A stretch of DNA of 64,000 bases from NCBI RefSeq assembly GCF_001194135.2, contig NC_068982.1, positions 186,182,557 to 186,246,556 of the forward strand. Direction: 5' to 3'. Below, piece by piece: positions 60,914-64,000 of the stretch; position 1 is the stretch's first letter; each line of letters starts with the position of its first letter. The notes under the pieces are model-generated. The model was not told where the DNA came from. It was given only the letters and a program-made list of their open reading frames with translations, and made no database searches. The translations under genes and the position numbers were made by a program. The DNA comes from Octopus bimaculoides. Taxonomy: Eukaryota.

Positions 60914-62479
60914 TTAACATGTTTATCATCATCATCATCATCATTGTTTAACGTCCGTTTTCCTTGCTGGTATGGATTGGATGGTTTGATTGAGGTCTGG
61001 AGAGCCAGCGGCTGCACCAGGCTTCAATCTGATCTGGCAATGTTTCTACAGCTGGATGCCCTTCCTAATGCCAACCACTCTGAGAGTATTGTGAGTGCTT
61101 TTTATGTGCCAGTGGGTACTGGCTTCAATCACATTAAAAATTATCTCTGGCTAATAATTGAGAGGATGTTTGTGTTGCCTTGGCGGAGGTTTGTGCTCTT
61201 GTTTGTTTTTAGAATGACACTGTAGGGCTGGATCTGGCCAGTTTGAACAAAAAACAGGTAAAGTATTTGGGCCGGATATGTCTGGTTTAAATGCTAAATG
61301 TGATTTGAGAGACACTTAGTTGCTATTTCTCGGTCTTTAGTGCAAATACAAAGTCAAAAGGTAAACAAGATTAATGGTAAGACATAGATGAGATTATGAA
61401 TTAGATGTTTATTATGGCAGAATTAAATGATTGTCTTAGTAAAACTCTTAAGTCATTTTGCAAAAGATACTCCATGTGACTACATATAATAAAACTACAA
61501 TTCAGCTATCACTCAGTGATAGATAATCCATCGGATGTGACTGTGTGGTAAGAAGCTTGTTTCCCAACCACATGGTTCCGGGTTCAGTCCCACTGCATCG
61601 CACCTTGGTTACATGTTTTCTGCTATAGCCTCGGACCGACCAAAGCCTTGTGAGTGGATCTGGCAGATGGAAACTAGAAGAAGACTACCATATATATATA
61701 TCTACATGTGTTTGTCTCCCACTTGGCAACCAGTGTTGGTGTGTTTACATCCCCATAACTTGATAGTTCAGCAAAAGAGAAAGTACCAGGCTTTAAAAAA
61801 AAAATCAGTTCTGGAGTTGATCTGAACAACTAAAATTCCCAAAGGCGGTGCCCCAGCATGGCTGCAGTCTAATGACTGAAATAAAAGATAAAAAAACACC
61901 CTACTCCTTTTGTACTTGGGTTTCAATCAGGCTGTGCTTTTTTGTCAACCAGGGCTGCAACATTCATCAAAAGATGCCTTTTCAATGCAATTTTTCATAA
62001 TGATGTTCTGTTAAATTTCCCAATCAGTTTGAACACTGAAATTCCAAAGAACAGTGACTTCAGCTTTCTGCACAACTTCTGGGAGGTTTATGTTCCTACC
62101 AATTCTCTTTGTGAGCAGGTTCTAAGTGTGCAACATTTACCCGTGTATGTACTGAACTGCTGCATCATTGCAAGCATTCTATTATTGTTGTTACTACTAC
62201 TACTACTACTACTACTATTATTATTACTACTGCTACTACTAAGATGGTGAGCTGGCAGAATCATTAGCACGCCAGGCAAAATGCTTAGAGGCATTTCATC
62301 CATCCTTACGTTCTGAGATCAAATTCCACCAAGGTCGACTTTACCTTTCATCCTTTCAGGGTCAATGAAATAAGTACCAGTTATGCACTGGGGTGAATGT
62401 AACTAACTTACCCTCTCCCCTAAAATTTCAGGCCTTGTGCCTACAGAAGAAAGGATTATTATTATTATTGAGTGAGTGA

Positions 62480-62880
62480 GAGAGAAGTGCATGCCATCAG
62501 TGACACTGGGGTACAAATGTACGAAGTCCAATATACCCATCATGACTACCCGTCTGATAAGGGTACACTAGGCACATGCATCACAACCATATGTGCATGA
62601 CATGGTGACCTTATATCAAGATAAACAGCGCATGACCTTGCAGGTGGGGCCCAGTTAGAATTTTCTTCCGGTCGAGTAACCCATCCTGCTCAAAAGGTTC
62701 CCGAATAAGGGTTGTTTAAAGATGTTGAACAAAACACCAATGTTTCCAGAGGTGAATTATTCAAACCTCAAAGAATTCCTCTCAACACGTGGCTATGATG
62801 CTCCCCCACTACTTCTGCTTGTGATCAAAGATGCACATATCATCAGCTACCAAGGGACATCTTCAACTGGTTATGGTCAA
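62480..62880 (-). mobile_element. SINE of a further family
   Basis: GC-balanced 400-bp block with SINE-like organisation next to an (ATT)n/(GA) tail; family not identified. Confidence 0.45.
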
Positions 62881-63644
62881 GCAACCGATAAGCAAATCTA
62901 TGGTATTGAGCAGAATATTTGCTGTAGCCCATCTTTTACAGCATTTCCTTCCTTAATGTTCTGATTTCCAAATTCTGCTGAAGCTGACCTTGTTTTTATC
63001 TTTTCAGTGTCTTTATCACAAACTCTACATCATCGTCACTAACATACGATGGTAGACAGAGTAGAGTAGCAAAATGCACTGCTGACTGCTGCTGACTGCT
63101 TGCCTCATCATGTTTATTTTTATAGTATTAAGACACACACATGTTAACTGGGTTACATTCTTTATTGTTTTATCAGATTGAGTTGCGCTGGTTGGACTAG
63201 GTGAGTTTTAATATATACACAGAGGAAGGCTGTGAGCTGGCAGAATTGTAAGCATACTGGGCAAAAAATACTTGGCATCGTTTCATCTGTCCTTACATTC
63301 TGACTTCAAATTCCACGAGATCAACTTTGCCTTTCATCCTTTCAGCGGGGAAAGTGGGGTGAATAAAACAAATACCATTTGAGCACTGACGTTGATGTAA
63401 TCAACTTTACTCCTCCCCCGAAACTGCCGGCCTTGTGCAAAAATTGGAAACCATCTATATTATCATCAGAGTTATTTATTGCTAATGTGAAAAAAGACAT
63501 TATTTATCCATAAAATTTGAACAAAATTTCTTCAGTAAACTATTGGAATCATAATACAGTTTTATATTTAAAAGATGAGGAATTATGGACATTATTTACA
63601 TTATTTACATTTGACAGATATTTGTCCTCATCTTGTTTGTTGTT

Positions 63645-63690
63645 AACACAACGTTTCGGCTGATATACCCTCCAACCTTCATCAGGTGTC
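63645..63690 (-). ncRNA. Minimal type I hammerhead ribozyme (Penelope-type), core intact
   Basis: Minus strand reads GACAC-CUGAUGA-A-GGUUG(gaggguauau)CAGCC-GAA-ACGU-U-GUGUU: stem I GACAC/GUGUU, 5-bp stem II, palindromic ACGU helix III. Confidence 0.75.
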
Positions 63691-63778
63691 AAGATTCCAG
63701 GTAGTGATCTGAATAATAATAATAATAACATTGAAAAATTCCTTAGGAATGAGAACCCAGGTTCGAAATTTCCCCCAA

Positions 63779-63824
63779 GACACCTGATGAAGGCTGGAGG
63801 GTATATCAGCCAAAACATTGTGTT
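63779..63824 (+). ncRNA. Second hammerhead copy, probably inactivated (GAAACGU to AAAACAU)
   Basis: Inverted twin of 63645-63690 with two CpG-to-CpA changes, in G12 and helix III. Confidence 0.6.
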
Positions 63825-64000
63825 AACAACAAACAAGATGAGAACAAATATCTGTCAAATGTAAATAATGTAAATAGCTCATCATATATGTGTGTGTGTG
63901 TGTGTGTTTGTCCCACCCAACATCACTTGACAACCGATGTTGGTGTGTTTACATCCCCATAACTTAGCAATTCAACAAAAGAGACCGATAGAATAAGTAC

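Larger units (their letters stand above)
63563..63882. mobile_element. Fold-back Penelope-tail/SINE composite carrying hammerheads
   Basis: 98-bp inverted arms (63593-63690 and 63779-63876, 4 mismatches) around an 88-nt spacer holding a tRNA-head remnant and (AAT)n. Confidence 0.7.

Overview
AT-rich animal genomic DNA with 14 N-gaps and a dense load of microsatellites, SINEs, LINE fragments and MITEs. The repeat repertoire suggests a coleoid cephalopod, probably Octopus (inferred from repeat style, not from a search). Two spliced genes were read directly from the sequence. (1) The 5' part of POLR3B (RNA polymerase III second-largest subunit) lies on the minus strand: nine GT-AG coding exons from ATG 14899 to 137, 320 codons in frame, continuing off the left edge. 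(2) A small plus-strand gene that the ORF track misses has five predicted coding exons (39112-59802) giving a 94-aa, two-hydrophobic-segment protein with tentative TMEM141-like character. Mobile DNA includes RTE-clade and CR1-like LINE pieces, mariner and piggyBac remnants, several MITEs with readable TIRs and TSDs, and at least four SINE families. The most unusual signal is a family of small elements that join a tRNA-type Pol III head to a Penelope-type tail carrying a minimal hammerhead ribozyme, with an inverted copy of the tail in front (63563-63882 and 1591-2207). A second hammerhead-like variant family sits at 10.2-10.9 kb. No CRISPR array, rRNA or bona fide tRNA gene is supported.
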